64,000 nt of DNA from a virus: IMG/VR virus record IMGVR_UViG_3300001530_000094. One strand, 5' to 3'. Positions within the stretch are counted from its first letter, which is position 1; each line of letters begins with the position of its first letter. The notes beneath the pieces were generated by a model, which was not told the origin of the DNA, did no database searches, and saw only the letters and a list, made by a program, of their open reading frames with translations. The translations under genes and the position numbers were made by a program. Below, one piece after another: positions 1 through 10,024 of the stretch.

Positions 1-564
1 TGTATAAACAGAGGACATGAATCAGTGTTAGAGCATGAAAAAATTACAATAACAATGATTTGTGATATTGGAGTATACAAAGATTTAACAAGACATAGAT
101 TAGCAAGTTATTCAATTGAAAGCACAAGATATTGTAACTATAGTAAAGATAAATTTGACAATCAAATTAAATTTATAAAACCAATATTTTATAAAGACTG
201 GAAAAATGAAGACTTAAATGAAGTAATTAAAGACAAAGATTTATACAAGTGTTATTTATGGGAAAATTGTATGCAAAATATAGAGCAAGACTACAATGCA
301 ATGTCTGAAGTTGGAGCATTACCTGATGAAATGAGAATGCTACTTCCTCATAGTACAGCAGCTAAAGTTACAATGACAGCTAACATAAGAGAATGGAAAC
401 ACATTTTATCACTAAGATGTAGTAATCACGCTCATCCAGCAATACAACAATTATTAATACCATTTTTATTAAAACTTAAAGAAGAAATGCCTGAAATTTT
501 TAATGATGTAGACTACAATGAAAATTTTCCAGAAGAAAAATATGCAAAATTAGTTATTTTATAG
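1..564 (+). CDS. thyX: FAD-dependent thymidylate synthase ThyX (5' partial at window edge)
   Basis: Frame open from base 1 (CINRGHESVLEHEKI); ThyX-type RHRLASYSIESTRY motif. Confidence 0.9.
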   Translation, partial: CINRGHESVLEHEKITITMICDIGVYKDLTRHRLASYSIESTRYCNYSKDKFDNQIKFIKPIFYKDWKNEDLNEVIKDKDLYKCYLWENCMQNIEQDYNAMSEVGALPDEMRMLLPHSTAAKVTMTANIREWKHILSLRCSNHAHPAIQQLLIPFLLKLKEEMPEIFNDVDYNENFPEEKYAKLVIL

Positions 565-574
565 GAGGAATAAG

Positions 575-772
575 ATGAAAGATAAATATAGATTCATATT
601 ATATCTTATAAGGTGGCAACTAAGTACTCCAATTTTAGCTTTATGTCTTAATCTACTACACTTTAATATTTTAGTGAATACTATAATAGCTAACTTAATT
701 GGAGGTATAATATTTTATTGGGTAGACAAATATATTTTTAATAAGGAGAGAAAAAATGATAGAGAAGAATGA
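575..772 (+). CDS. small membrane protein
   Basis: RBS aggaggaataag; hydrophobic segments. Confidence 0.6.
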   Translation: MKDKYRFILYLIRWQLSTPILALCLNLLHFNILVNTIIANLIGGIIFYWVDKYIFNKERKNDREE

Positions 773-968
773 TTTAGAAAAACTAGCAACTTTAATTAGT
801 GAAAAACTACCTGCAGGATATGGATTTTGTTTATTAACTTTTCCATTTTATAGAGAGGGAGACGAAAGATTACAATATGTATCTAGCGGAAGAAGAGATG
901 ATATAGTAAACGTTATGGAAGAATGGATAGAAAAAGTTAAAAATGAAAATTTTGGAAAGGATGTATAA
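756..968 (+). CDS. hypothetical protein
   Basis: ORF with RBS, overlapping gene organisation. Confidence 0.6.
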   Translation: MIEKNDLEKLATLISEKLPAGYGFCLLTFPFYREGDERLQYVSSGRRDDIVNVMEEWIEKVKNENFGKDV

Positions 969-970
969 TT

Positions 971-2287
971 ATGGAAGAAAAAATGAGTTATGATGAATGG
1001 TTAGACTCTAGAACTTACGAATACTTTATTGATTTAGAGAAAAAAAGACAGGATGAAAATATTGAACTAATAGCAAGTGAGAATTTTCCAAGTGAAAGGA
1101 TTCTAAATGCTGCAGGAAGTATACTCACAAATAAATACTCTGAAGGTTATCCTGGAAAGAGATATTACGGAGGATGTTATCATATAGATGAAATAGAACA
1201 AAAAGCTATAAATGATGCTTGTAAATTATTTCATGCTAATTTTGCAAATGTACAACCTCATTGTGGAAGTTCAGCAAATCAAGCTGTATATAGAGCATTA
1301 TTAGAACATGGAGACACAGTTTTAGGGATGGACTTAGGAGCTGGAGGACATTTAACACATGGACATAAGATGAGTTTTTCAGGACAAGACTATAACATAG
1401 TTTCTTATGGTGTAAATGAGGAAGGTTATATTGACTTAGAAGACTTTACTAAGAAGTTATATGAGTATGAACCTAAGATGGTAATTGTAGGAGCTAGTTC
1501 ATATTCTAGACTAATTGATTATGAAATATTTTTAAATATACTATATAACTTTGAGAAAGATAAAGGATGGAGACCATATTATATGGTAGATATGGCACAT
1601 GTTGCAGGACTAGTAGCTGGAGGAGTTCATCCTAATCCAGTAAATTATGCAGATGTAGTAACTTCTACTACTCATAAAACATTAAGAGGACCTAGAGGTG
1701 GACTTATTCTTTGGAATAGTAATGAATTAACAAAAAAGATAAATTCTGCTGTATTTCCTGGAATACAAGGTGGTCCATTAGAGCATATTATTTGTGCAAA
1801 AGGAATATGTTTTGAAGAAGCAATGAGACCGGAATTTGAAAGATATGCTAATCAAGTAATAGCAAATTCAAAAGTATTTGCTAATAAGTTTATAGAAAAT
1901 GGGTGGAAAGTGGTTTCTAATGGAACTGATAATCACATGTTTGTTTTAAACGTTATGGACTCAATTGGATTAACAGGAAAAGAAGTAGAGACAGAATTAG
2001 ATAAAATAAACATAACAGTAAATAAGAATCAAACTCCTAATGACCCATTACCTCCATTAAAATCTTCTGGAGTAAGAATTGGAACTGCAGCAATGACTAC
2101 AAAAGGCTGGTTAGAAGAAGATTTTGAAGAATTAGCTCAGACTATAATGACTTTTCTAGATGAAGTTGCTATGGAAGCAAATGGAGAAGCTAGAGGAATC
2201 TCAGTAGATTATGATGAATATAAAGAAAGAGTAAAATCTCTTTCAAATAAAGTTAAAGAAAGAAATAATCACAAAAAAGAGGTATAA
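971..2287 (+). CDS. glyA: serine hydroxymethyltransferase
   Basis: ENIELIASENFPS..., NKYSEGYPGKRYYGG, TTHKTLRGPRGG (PLP lysine motif). Confidence 0.97.
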   Translation: MEEKMSYDEWLDSRTYEYFIDLEKKRQDENIELIASENFPSERILNAAGSILTNKYSEGYPGKRYYGGCYHIDEIEQKAINDACKLFHANFANVQPHCGSSANQAVYRALLEHGDTVLGMDLGAGGHLTHGHKMSFSGQDYNIVSYGVNEEGYIDLEDFTKKLYEYEPKMVIVGASSYSRLIDYEIFLNILYNFEKDKGWRPYYMVDMAHVAGLVAGGVHPNPVNYADVVTSTTHKTLRGPRGGLILWNSNELTKKINSAVFPGIQGGPLEHIICAKGICFEEAMRPEFERYANQVIANSKVFANKFIENGWKVVSNGTDNHMFVLNVMDSIGLTGKEVETELDKINITVNKNQTPNDPLPPLKSSGVRIGTAAMTTKGWLEEDFEELAQTIMTFLDEVAMEANGEARGISVDYDEYKERVKSLSNKVKERNNHKKEV

Positions 2288-2289
2288 TA

Positions 2290-2970
2290 ATGAATAGAAA
2301 TGATTTAAGAAGATTAGAAAAAGCAGCTAGAGAGAAAGATAAAAAGTATTTAGCCGAGTGGGCAGATGATTTTGAAAATCAGTTAAGATATTTAATGAGA
2401 AAAGAGTATGAAGCTAGATATCAAGATGAAATAGAGAGTTCAATTGAAAACTTTTTATTAGCTACAGCTTATACTGCAGTGTTTAGTGAGTCAACTAATC
2501 TTCTTAAGTCTGGTAATCTTCCAGATTTTATGGAAGATTTATTTGTTACTATTGACTTATTTAGAACTGGAGAGTATAAACCTAAAGAATATGAAGAAAT
2601 ATTAAAAGAAAATGGTTTTGAAATGGATAAAATGAAATATAAGCCTAGAGAACATAAAGTTATTACACTGTGTGGAAGTACTAAATTCAAGGAAGATTTT
2701 CTAAGAAAGCAAGAAGAACTTACTCTAAAAGGTTATATTGTTTTATCTGTAGGTGTATTTGTTCATGATGATAACATAGAGGTAACTGAAGAGCAAAAAG
2801 TAGAGTTAGATAAAATACATAAAGATAAAATAAGAATGTCTGATGCAATTTATGTAATAAATAAAGATAATTACATAGGAGAGTCTACTAAATCAGAAAT
2901 TGAATTTGCTAAAGAATTAAATAAAACAGTGATGTATATGGAGGAAGAGGAAAAGTATGGAAAGAATTGA
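2290..2970 (+). CDS. nucleoside 2-deoxyribosyltransferase-like protein
   Basis: C-terminal half VITLCGSTKFKEDF...DAIYVINKDNYIGESTKSEIEFA typical of the family. Confidence 0.6.
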   Translation: MNRNDLRRLEKAAREKDKKYLAEWADDFENQLRYLMRKEYEARYQDEIESSIENFLLATAYTAVFSESTNLLKSGNLPDFMEDLFVTIDLFRTGEYKPKEYEEILKENGFEMDKMKYKPREHKVITLCGSTKFKEDFLRKQEELTLKGYIVLSVGVFVHDDNIEVTEEQKVELDKIHKDKIRMSDAIYVINKDNYIGESTKSEIEFAKELNKTVMYMEEEEKYGKN

Positions 2971-3436
2971 TAAAATAAACTACTACTTGAATATCGCTGA
3001 GTCTGTCTCAGAAAGAAGCACTTGTTTAAAGAAACATTGGGGTTCTATAATTGTTAAAAATGATGAAATAATATCTACTGGCTTTAATGGAGCTCCTAGA
3101 GGAGTTAAAAGTTGCTTAGAATGTAATAAGTGTAATAGAGAAAATTCTGAAAGAGGTTCAGATTATAATCAATGTTTGGCTGTACATTCAGAGCAAAATG
3201 CGATAATACATGCTAGTAGAAATCAAATGCTGGAATCAGACATGTACTTAGTAGGAGTAGATTTTACAAATAACAATAAATATGTAGAAAACGCAGCTCC
3301 TTGCGCTTTATGCAAAAGAATGATAATAAATGCAGGCATTAAAAGAGTAATAGTTAGAGACAATAAACTAGAGTATAGAACACTGAATGTAGATGACTGG
3401 GTAAAAGATTCTAATATTCTATTAGGAGGTTATTAA
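2957..3436 (+). CDS. deoxycytidylate (dCMP) deaminase-like
   Basis: HSEQNAI and PCALCKRMIINAGI zinc motifs; CxxCxxC insertion. Confidence 0.9.
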   Translation: MERIDKINYYLNIAESVSERSTCLKKHWGSIIVKNDEIISTGFNGAPRGVKSCLECNKCNRENSERGSDYNQCLAVHSEQNAIIHASRNQMLESDMYLVGVDFTNNNKYVENAAPCALCKRMIINAGIKRVIVRDNKLEYRTLNVDDWVKDSNILLGGY

Positions 3437-3437
3437 A

Positions 3438-3749
3438 ATGGCTAAAGTAACTTATGAATTTAATGAGAGTGAAGAAGATAGAGACATAGAACTAGTAAAT
3501 GCTAGATATAAGATGATAAATGCTTTAAATGAGTTACAGAATTTTAGAAGAAAACTATACAAAGGTTGGCTAAGTAGTGAAGATATGATAAATGTAAAAG
3601 ATAATAAAGTTCTTACAAAAGAAGATTATGACAAGCTACATGAAGAAGGAAAACTATACTTTGAAGGCACTAAGAGATATATTAGTTATGATTATGTAGA
3701 ACAGAAAATAGACTATATCCTTAATGATATATCATTTTTGATAGACTAA
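3438..3749 (+). CDS. hypothetical protein
   Basis: ORF with RBS. Confidence 0.6.
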   Translation: MAKVTYEFNESEEDRDIELVNARYKMINALNELQNFRRKLYKGWLSSEDMINVKDNKVLTKEDYDKLHEEGKLYFEGTKRYISYDYVEQKIDYILNDISFLID

Positions 3750-3776
3750 TATACATTATATTAGGAGGTACAACTA

Positions 3777-4028
3777 ATGATTATAGATGCCGCGATTTTA
3801 AAAGATAGTACCATCTACTCAGGAAGAAGGCATTTTATTATTATAAATAATGCTGAAAAAGGATTTTTTGAAGAAAATAGTGTTCAAGGCTTTATCACAG
3901 ACTCAGGAGAGTTCTTAGATAGAGAACAAGCTTTAGAACATGCATATAAGTGTAATCAAATTTCAAAGGCACTTTATAAAGAAAGAGTAAAATATAGTAA
4001 AGAATTATTCTCAGAAGATTTATGGTAA
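3777..4028 (+). CDS. hypothetical protein
   Basis: ORF with RBS ttaggaggtac. Confidence 0.6.
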   Translation: MIIDAAILKDSTIYSGRRHFIIINNAEKGFFEENSVQGFITDSGEFLDREQALEHAYKCNQISKALYKERVKYSKELFSEDLW

Positions 4029-4043
4029 TTTAGGAGGAAATAA

Positions 4044-5006
4044 GTGAAAGCTATTGATGAAAATTATATAATTGAAAGATATGAAGAAAATAATAAAACA
4101 CCAGTATTTATAGATTTATCAAATGTTGCTTATAGAAGTGCGTTTGTATTTACTCCAGATAAATTTAAAACTTCACAAGGAATACCTAATGGTCATCTTT
4201 TTGGAGTTTGCCAAGTTATAAAAACTTTATTAAACTTAAATTATGAGGTATACTTATGCAGAGATTTACAATCTAATTTTAGAAAGAAACTAAATGAAAA
4301 CTATAAAGCAAATAGACAAACTGAAGATTCAGGAATCAGTGTTCATAGTTTATTAAATAGAGCAATAAATCCTTTAATAAGTGAACTTCAAAATGTACAT
4401 GTACTATCTAAAACTAATTTTGAAGCTGACGACATAATGTTTTCAGCTTCAAAGTGCTGTAGTTACCATAATATTAAATGTTGGATAATGTCTACAGATA
4501 AAGACTTGTGTCAAGCTTTAGACAATAATATATCTATAGCTCATAAATTTACTATTAAGGGTCCTCAAGAAATAGTTACTACAGAAAGTGAATATTATAT
4601 AAAAAATTTTGGAGATATAGAACCTAGATGTTTACCACTTTATAGAGCATTTAAAGGAGATGCTTCAGATAATTTGGAGGCTCCTGTGAAAAGATTTCCG
4701 AAAGATTTGTTAGAAGAACTGTGTAAAGATTATGCAGATAAAAACTACTCAGATGAAATAGCAGTTCTTTTATTGAGTCATAAATGTAGTAAGAAATCAC
4801 ATGAAAAATGGATGAAACAACTAACTACTGATAGAGATATATTTATTCAACTGTATAATAACTATAGAATTATGAAATTAAATCCAATTCCGATAGAAGT
4901 AGAAGATGAACCTTTAGTAGAAAATGCATTTAATATAATAACAGACGAGTTTGAACTATGGGGATTCAAAAAGTTTGTGAAAGAATATAATTTAGGAGGT
5001 AACTAG
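4044..5006 (+). CDS. 5'-3' exonuclease / flap endonuclease-like
   Basis: FIDLSNVAYRS, NFRKKLNENYKANR, FEADDIMFSA, STDKDLCQ motifs; GTG start. Confidence 0.8.
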   Translation: MKAIDENYIIERYEENNKTPVFIDLSNVAYRSAFVFTPDKFKTSQGIPNGHLFGVCQVIKTLLNLNYEVYLCRDLQSNFRKKLNENYKANRQTEDSGISVHSLLNRAINPLISELQNVHVLSKTNFEADDIMFSASKCCSYHNIKCWIMSTDKDLCQALDNNISIAHKFTIKGPQEIVTTESEYYIKNFGDIEPRCLPLYRAFKGDASDNLEAPVKRFPKDLLEELCKDYADKNYSDEIAVLLLSHKCSKKSHEKWMKQLTTDRDIFIQLYNNYRIMKLNPIPIEVEDEPLVENAFNIITDEFELWGFKKFVKEYNLGGN

Positions 5007-5336
5007 ATGCACCAGAATGACTCAGAATTAAATAAAAATAATGAACAATGGAATTATATATCTGTAATATTTGAAAATGTACATTATCCATTTGATTATC
5101 CGAAAGTACTAAATGATAGTTCTTTTAGAAATGAAATTTATGGAAGAGCTATAAAATACACTTATAAAGTTAAAGACGGAAAGATTCCTAATTTGGTAGA
5201 GGGTAGAATACTTTCAATAAATAATAGGGATAGAATTTCTAGAGTTTTAGTAACTAATATAGGACTAAAAGAATCAGATATAACTTTTCCTATAGATAAA
5301 ATTAAAGAACTTCCATTGTATAAAGGAGAGAAATAA
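5007..5336 (+). CDS. hypothetical protein
   Basis: ORF with RBS ggaggtaac. Confidence 0.6.
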   Translation: MHQNDSELNKNNEQWNYISVIFENVHYPFDYPKVLNDSSFRNEIYGRAIKYTYKVKDGKIPNLVEGRILSINNRDRISRVLVTNIGLKESDITFPIDKIKELPLYKGEK

Positions 5337-5626
5337 TGTATATTCAAACAAAGTATAATATAGGAGATAGAATTTGGGTAGTTTATGAACAAATGCTTTA
5401 CACTGAACATTACAGAGGTCCAGCTGGAGAAGTTACAGTATATTCAACAAAAATAGTAGATATATTATTCCCTAAAAGTGGGAAAATAGAGTACGGAACA
5501 GACACAGAAGGAGGAGATTCTATCTTAGAAGAAGATATAATTTTGTATGATGATTTAGATTTATTAGCTAAAAGAGTAAAAGAATTGGATGATAAAATAA
5601 GAAAAAGAGAGGAGAATGAGGAATGA
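5336..5626 (+). CDS. hypothetical protein
   Basis: ORF with RBS aaaggagag. Confidence 0.6.
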   Translation: MYIQTKYNIGDRIWVVYEQMLYTEHYRGPAGEVTVYSTKIVDILFPKSGKIEYGTDTEGGDSILEEDIILYDDLDLLAKRVKELDDKIRKREENEE

Positions 5627-6657
5627 AATTAGTATTTGTGGGAGATACTCATTTAACTCCAGTGTCTCCGTCTTCTCGTAAAGAGACAAATGAAGAATAT
5701 AGAGATTTAGAGTTTAAAAAGCTAAAATATATTTATGAAAATATAGCTTCAGAAAAGAATGATAAGGTTATAATTACAGGAGATGTTTTTCATTCTTCTT
5801 CATTATCCATGATGGCTGGAACTCCTAAGTTTTATAACGACATAATAGACTTAATGAGTACAAGAGAGACATACTCTATTATTGGAAATCATGATATGTA
5901 TTATAGAAATGAAGATAGTGAAAATTCTACTATTTTAGCAAATTTATTTAAAACTAGCGTACAACACTTAGACAAAGTAGAATTTAATACACAATCTTAT
6001 AGGTATGATAGTAACTTTGGAGTAAATCAAGTATTTAATAGAACAATAAGACTTTATGGTGTAGATTATATGAAAGACTTCCCTAAGTTACATTTTGTAG
6101 ATGATGCATATAATATTATAGTAACACATTCATTTTTTGAAGATAATTTTTATGGAGCTAAAGGTAATGAAAACCTAACAATAGAAGCAATACAAAATAT
6201 TTTAGGAAAATATGATGCAGTAGTTTTAGGACATGACCATTCACCATATCCAATTATAGATATAGATAATACTCTTACACATAATAGTAAGACTAAAATT
6301 ATTAGACCTGGAAGTTTGATGAGAGGAACTTCTCATACTTGTCAAGTAAACAGAATACCTCAGGTTGCAGTATTTGATACAAACACTTTAAATTGGGAAT
6401 ATGTTCAAATTCCAGTAGCTCCAGGACAAGAAGTATTTAAAGAGAAAGTAATTTTAGAAAAAGAATTAGATGTAAATATGGAAACTATTTTAAAAAATAT
6501 AGATAGCTATGATAAATCAGTTGGCATTTATAACTTTATAAAATCTCAAGAGACTAGAGGTAAAGAAGTATTCGGAGATAGATATTATGACATAATAAAT
6601 TTAATAAAGCAGTATCTAAATAGCTTTGGCTTTATAGAAAATGGAGGGAATAAATGA
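5623..6657 (+). CDS. metallophosphoesterase, SbcD/gp47-like recombination nuclease
   Basis: FVGDTHL, TGDVFH, GNHDMYY, LGHDHSPY motifs. Confidence 0.85.
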   Translation: MKLVFVGDTHLTPVSPSSRKETNEEYRDLEFKKLKYIYENIASEKNDKVIITGDVFHSSSLSMMAGTPKFYNDIIDLMSTRETYSIIGNHDMYYRNEDSENSTILANLFKTSVQHLDKVEFNTQSYRYDSNFGVNQVFNRTIRLYGVDYMKDFPKLHFVDDAYNIIVTHSFFEDNFYGAKGNENLTIEAIQNILGKYDAVVLGHDHSPYPIIDIDNTLTHNSKTKIIRPGSLMRGTSHTCQVNRIPQVAVFDTNTLNWEYVQIPVAPGQEVFKEKVILEKELDVNMETILKNIDSYDKSVGIYNFIKSQETRGKEVFGDRYYDIINLIKQYLNSFGFIENGGNK

Positions 6658-6971
6658 CACTTCAAAACTTGAAAGATGAAATTACTGAAAAAGGTGAAAT
6701 TCCTATGTATGGTATGAAATTTAGACTTCTAGATGATGATTTAGTTAGGATTTTTATTTCTAATAATAAATTTGAAATGAGATATGATAAATTTGTAGGT
6801 ACATCAGACCTAGGTTTTTCAACTAATATTATGAAGACAGAGTTAACTAAATTAACTATAGAGAAAGATGAAAAACTTCCTCATAAGATGATTTTAGTAA
6901 TTGATTTAAGACCTAAGAAAAAGAAGAAAGTAATTGATACAGGAATAAATGCAAGAATGAAATTAAATTGA
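6654..6971 (+). CDS. hypothetical protein
   Basis: ORF with RBS gagggaat. Confidence 0.6.
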   Translation: MTLQNLKDEITEKGEIPMYGMKFRLLDDDLVRIFISNNKFEMRYDKFVGTSDLGFSTNIMKTELTKLTIEKDEKLPHKMILVIDLRPKKKKKVIDTGINARMKLN

Positions 6972-6985
6972 TTGGAGGTAATATT

Positions 6986-8152
6986 ATGAAAGCTTTGGCA
7001 ATGTATATATTTTGTGGAAGCTTAGGAATAGGAATAATGCAAGCAGGTTTTAAGATAGATAAAGTATTAGAAATAACTGATGAAATGTTGGAAGAAAATT
7101 CTAAACACTTTATTCATAACTATCCAGATATTCCCGTAATAAAGCCTTCATTATGGAATAATACTATTTATAAGAATGAATTATTCAAAGAAAATTATGA
7201 TTTATTAGCAGGTAATCCACCTTGTTCTGGACTATCTCAAATAAATAGACATGCTTCTTCAGACAATCTTACAAATCAATATATGTATAATTTTATAGAT
7301 ACAGTATCTTATGTACAACCTAAAACATTCCTAATGGAGAATGCTCCAACTTTAATTAGTAGAGGCAAAGTAATTTTAGACTATATGGTATCAATTCTTA
7401 GCAGTGATTACTACATATACATAATAAGAGACTATGCTGGAAATCATAAAGTTCCAATGAAAAGACAAAGAACAATAGTACTTGGTTTTAGGAAAAATTT
7501 CTTTGAAGGAGTTCCAGTCTTAAAAGATTATGAAGAAGTTACAGGTGAAATTACTGCTGGTGAAGTTTTATCAGAGATTTCTGAAAATTCTCCTAATATG
7601 TATTTAGAAGAGAATAGAAGTTGTAAAGATTTAGAGAAATATTTAGAATATATACAAGTAAATAAGTCAATAATGCATTCTTTATCAGAATTTTCTGAAG
7701 ATTTCATAAATAATTTAGATATATCTGAAAAAAGAAAGAAAAATATTTTAACTTTAAAAAGAAAGATGAATGCTGGTAAAGGAGTATTTGATAAAACACC
7801 GTTTAAACTTGATAAAAATTTGGTAGCTCCTAGTATGACATCTTTATCAGAATTTATAAATCCAGTATATGACAGACATTTATACATAAGAGAATATGCA
7901 AAACTTATGGGATATCCAGATGATTTTGAATTTGTAAAAGATGCAAAAGTTCCATACATTCAGTCTATAGCTCAGGGAGTTCCGGTGAATTTTGCAAAAT
8001 GGGCAGCTATGAATGTAAAAGATGCTCTAGAGAAGAAGTCTAAATTTTTAAAAGACATAGATATTGTAGTAGAAAATAGATGTAATCCTAAGAAGATAAA
8101 AACAATGTTTTATTCTAAGGAGAAATTTTTCAATACTGATAATATATGCTAA
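6986..8152 (+). CDS. C5-cytosine DNA methyltransferase
   Basis: GNPPCSGLSQ, FLMENAP, KRQRTIVLGFR motifs; RBS ggaggtaat before ATG 6986. Confidence 0.85.
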   Translation: MKALAMYIFCGSLGIGIMQAGFKIDKVLEITDEMLEENSKHFIHNYPDIPVIKPSLWNNTIYKNELFKENYDLLAGNPPCSGLSQINRHASSDNLTNQYMYNFIDTVSYVQPKTFLMENAPTLISRGKVILDYMVSILSSDYYIYIIRDYAGNHKVPMKRQRTIVLGFRKNFFEGVPVLKDYEEVTGEITAGEVLSEISENSPNMYLEENRSCKDLEKYLEYIQVNKSIMHSLSEFSEDFINNLDISEKRKKNILTLKRKMNAGKGVFDKTPFKLDKNLVAPSMTSLSEFINPVYDRHLYIREYAKLMGYPDDFEFVKDAKVPYIQSIAQGVPVNFAKWAAMNVKDALEKKSKFLKDIDIVVENRCNPKKIKTMFYSKEKFFNTDNIC

Positions 8153-8195
8153 AAGCATATTATTATATATAAAATATTTAAAAGGAGGAACCATT

Positions 8196-8474
8196 ATGGA
8201 TAAAATGGGAAAAACAGAATTTATTGATGCTGTTGCTAACAGAGCAGGAGTTACAAAGAAAGATACTTATGCAGTATATGAAGCAATAGTTTCAGAAATT
8301 ACTGAACAATTAGCTAACAGAAGAAAGGTTTCACTAGTTGGTTTTGGTAACTTTGAAGTAAGACATAGAAGCGCTAGACGCGGTGTAAATCCAACAACTA
8401 AAGAGAAAATAGATATTCCTGAGAAGGATGTTCCTAAATTTAGCTTTAGCTCAGCTATAAAGAACTCAATCTAA
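8196..8474 (+). CDS. hup: HU-family DNA-binding protein
   Basis: VSLVGFGNFEVRHRSARRGVNPTTKEKIDIP. Confidence 0.97.
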   Translation: MDKMGKTEFIDAVANRAGVTKKDTYAVYEAIVSEITEQLANRRKVSLVGFGNFEVRHRSARRGVNPTTKEKIDIPEKDVPKFSFSSAIKNSI

Positions 8475-8491
8475 TTTAGAGAAAATTCAAG

Positions 8492-8530
8492 ATAGTGACA
8501 TATTATATAATAAGATATGTCACTATTTTT
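8492..8530 (+). terminator. intrinsic terminator
   Basis: ATAGTGACATAT...ATATGTCACTATTTTT. Confidence 0.8.
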
Positions 8531-8549
8531 GTGAAGAAAGGAGGTAAAT

Positions 8550-9656
8550 ATGGAGGACTTAAATTATTTAAGAACAGAATATAATTCTATAGTCTTAGAG
8601 AAAGATGAGCTTATAAAAACGTTAAACTTAGTTTCTAAAGTTTCTCATACTAATTCATCTTCTATAGAGTGTAGTTGTTTAACATTTATCCCAGACTGGA
8701 AAAGAAAGACTTTAACTTTAACAGTAACAAATGATTTAACATATTTTAAAAATAATGTAGAATTGTTAGGAGAAAGTGATAAAGCTCTTACAGATACATT
8801 TTCAATAAAAATAGAAACTCTTAATAAGATAAAGCAATTCTTTAGAAACAAGGTTCTAATTTATAAGAAAGAATCAGAATTTTATATTAGACTTTTAGAT
8901 GGGGACTTATTAATACACACAGCAACTCCTAATATGCAGAGACTTTATTTTACTTCATCTATTAATTCTTTAGTTTATGAAGCAAATGTAGAAGATTTTT
9001 GTAATATTTTATCAATATATGGTAATATGTCAGATGATTATTCAGATAAATGGCTATCGTTTGATACGGATAAAATAAGTTTGTGTGGTACAACTTTTTA
9101 TGCAGAAACAAAAATTAAAACACCTCTTATGTGTCTACTTATGTCAGATATAGAGTTAATAATAAAATTATCTCAGTATTACTCTTCAGACACTATACAA
9201 ATTTTTTCAACAGATTCAGTAAATTCTATACCTAGGTTACAAATAAAAGTCGCAAACATAGAGATAGAAGTGTTAAACGTACTATCAAGCATTAATAAAA
9301 CTACAATTAGTACTTTAACAACTTTTGTAGAAGAACCAACACACATAATAGAAACAGAAGCTGTGAAAAGAGTTATAAATATTGCTATGAGTTTAGTAGA
9401 TATAGAAAAAGATTTAAGAATTAAAATTTCTGATAAAGGTATAGTAATTATATTAAGAAGTTCTAAGGGTGACTCAGAATTTAACCTGAATACACAGAAG
9501 TTAAAAGAAAGTAGCAAAAAAGAAGTAGTTTTAAGTGTAAATACATTAAATAAAATAATAGGTTCTATAAATTCAGAGAAAATAGGAATTTGTTTAGGCA
9601 AAGTTTATACTAGCATTTCTTCTGAAAATACTAGAGCTATAATATTAAATAAGTAG
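8550..9656 (+). CDS. DnaN-like sliding clamp (putative)
   Basis: size and three-domain pattern, position next to primase and clamp loader; weak motif support. Confidence 0.5.
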   Translation: MEDLNYLRTEYNSIVLEKDELIKTLNLVSKVSHTNSSSIECSCLTFIPDWKRKTLTLTVTNDLTYFKNNVELLGESDKALTDTFSIKIETLNKIKQFFRNKVLIYKKESEFYIRLLDGDLLIHTATPNMQRLYFTSSINSLVYEANVEDFCNILSIYGNMSDDYSDKWLSFDTDKISLCGTTFYAETKIKTPLMCLLMSDIELIIKLSQYYSSDTIQIFSTDSVNSIPRLQIKVANIEIEVLNVLSSINKTTISTLTTFVEEPTHIIETEAVKRVINIAMSLVDIEKDLRIKISDKGIVIILRSSKGDSEFNLNTQKLKESSKKEVVLSVNTLNKIIGSINSEKIGICLGKVYTSISSENTRAIILNK

Positions 9657-9661
9657 AGAGG

Positions 9662-10024
9662 GTGAAGTATAGAATGAGTATGCCTTTAAGTGAAGAAGAA
9701 AAAGAAAAACTTAAACTAATTAGAAAAAAGTTTAATAAAAATATTGATTCAAATCTAACTACAGAATTTATTGATAAAGTTATAGCAAATAAGATTATGT
9801 ATGGAGCAAATATTTTAGATTATAATGAAGCAATCAATTTTTGTAAAGAAAAAGACTTAAATGCAAATATTTTTAAAGCAATTTTATGTTATTCTATTAA
9901 AGGAGAGCCTAAAGTTTCTCAAAGTACGATAGGTAATTGGTTTAATGAAACTTCAGCATTAGGAGATAAAGTAAGATATATGGTAACTAAATACTATGAT
10001 GATATAATGAGGAGTAGAAAATGA
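9662..10024 (+). CDS. hypothetical protein (start probably ATG 9674)
   Basis: ORF with RBS agagggtgaag. Confidence 0.6.
   Translation: MKYRMSMPLSEEEKEKLKLIRKKFNKNIDSNLTTEFIDKVIANKIMYGANILDYNEAINFCKEKDLNANIFKAILCYSIKGEPKVSQSTIGNWFNETSALGDKVRYMVTKYYDDIMRSRK

Noticed and set aside
2469-2690. Minus-strand ORFs throughout the track (e.g. 2469-2690, 7528-7959, 9179-9601, 23792-24445, 27787-28248)
   Set aside because: Antisense to well-supported + strand genes, no RBS, Ser/Leu/Ile-rich composition typical of antisense AT-rich translation.
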